This document shows, one piece after another, positions 63,014 to 64,000 of a DNA stretch of 64,000 bases; positions within the stretch are counted from its first letter, which is position 1; every line of letters starts with the position of its first letter. Source of the DNA: Utricularia gibba (Eukaryota; Plantae; Magnoliophyta). Both the position numbers and the translations under genes were made by a program. Below the pieces are notes generated by a model. It did no database searches. It was not told the DNA's origin and was given only the letters and a program-made list of their open reading frames with translations. The stretch spans positions 1-64,000 of the forward strand of contig NEEC01000011.1 in the NCBI GenBank assembly GCA_002189035.1, read 5' to 3'.

Positions 63014-64000
63014 ATGAAAAGGCATCACAGATGCGTATGCTTTAGTCTATCTGTGATCTTTGATTCCTATAAATCGATGTACTTGGTAGGTTCCAACCCA
63101 GTGCCTTTAATCATGTTATACCTTTCTTTCTCATATCTATCGAAGAAGCTCAATTGCTGCCTGTTTAGATTGGATGAGCGTTCGAGGAATCTTTCGATCC
63201 CAGCCCTGCTCATCCGTCTCTCGAATCTTTCTAGTGAGCGTGGCGAGTATTTTTTCTACTCGTCCTCTGGCTCTGAATGATCCTGTACTACTTGCTTTGC
63301 CTTTTGTTCTCCTAGTCCAGTGCACTCTTCTTCTATTGATTTGACTTCATTTTTTCGGTTCGCGCTCTTGTTCTATTGATTTGACTTCATTTTTTCGGTT
63401 CATTCTTCTCCTGCTCTACTTCTTGGTTTGCTACACTCTTCTCATTTATGGCAGACTCCTCCATTGGCTCAAGCTATTCCTCTTGTAACTCCATTTCTAG
63501 TTTAGTTTCCAGTTCTTCCGCTTGCGGTTCTGGCTCATATGATACCTATTCTGACTCAATTTCCTGCACTTCATATGTTGTTTCTGTTTCTTCCAAATCC
63601 TCCAGTTGGGCATCCTCAACTTCATCCTTAAATTCTTCCACTTTGTTTAGTATTTGCGCAAATTCAAATTATCTGTCTCCTCCAAAATTTCTCTACTATC
63701 GAGTTGCTCTTTCGCTACTTCTTTAACCTGTGGTGCTTCCACTAAGAATAGGCTTCGGTGCAACAAAAAAATGCACTTCTTGCTTCTGTTTCTTTATTGG
63801 TGGAGTGGAAATGCTATTGCCTTCCGTTTTCCTTTTCCGATTTGTTCCTATTTTGCCATTTTTGGAATTGGGCCCTTCTCCATGGAAGCTTTGTGTTGTG
63901 TTGTCTTCACTAGCATTTGCTTCTACAGGATAGTTTTTGTTTGAACTGTCTTTTTCAGAAGAGTTTTTGCCGGATCTTCCTTTGTCGCTGGTTTTGCCAC
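63014..64000 (-). mobile_element. Degenerate retroelement-associated extra ORF (Athila env-like/plant transposon protein type) with acidic low-complexity segment
   Basis: Minus-strand FFDRYEKERYNMIKGTGLEPTKYIDL resembles the env-like N-terminal motif seen at 32086; Glu-rich stretch with stops; 40-bp tandem duplication at 63325-63401. Confidence 0.4.

Overview
Plant (eudicot-like) nuclear DNA with a heterochromatic, TE-rich character. Bases 1-12.6 kb are a tandem satellite of roughly 80 copies of a ~160-bp monomer. The monomer derives from 5S rDNA: it holds the last ~30 nt of the 5S gene, the oligo-T Pol III terminator and ~100 bp of spacer. The array ends in one near-complete 5S gene (minus strand, 12579-12696) whose intact spacer shows the ~306-bp deletion that created the monomer. 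The region 13-43.5 kb is mostly nested, decayed transposons. These include several Athila-type Ty3/gypsy LTRs, a truncated gag-pol element, an env-like ORF and copia remnants. There is also a TIR/TSD-bounded PIF/Harbinger element carrying a Myb/SANT ORF and, in place of a transposase, a whole intron-containing FCP1/NIF-domain gene, plus a second, intact Myb/SANT ORF. Two host genes follow: a KUP2/KT2-type K+ transporter (minus strand, three 1-bp lesions in G/C runs, one GC-AG intron) and an intact meiotic ZIP4/SPO22 gene (plus strand, E2F-like site just before the ATG). A complete TRIM, a probable MITE and a solo LTR with a perfect TSD surround them. All protein identifications come from motif recognition by eye, not database searches.
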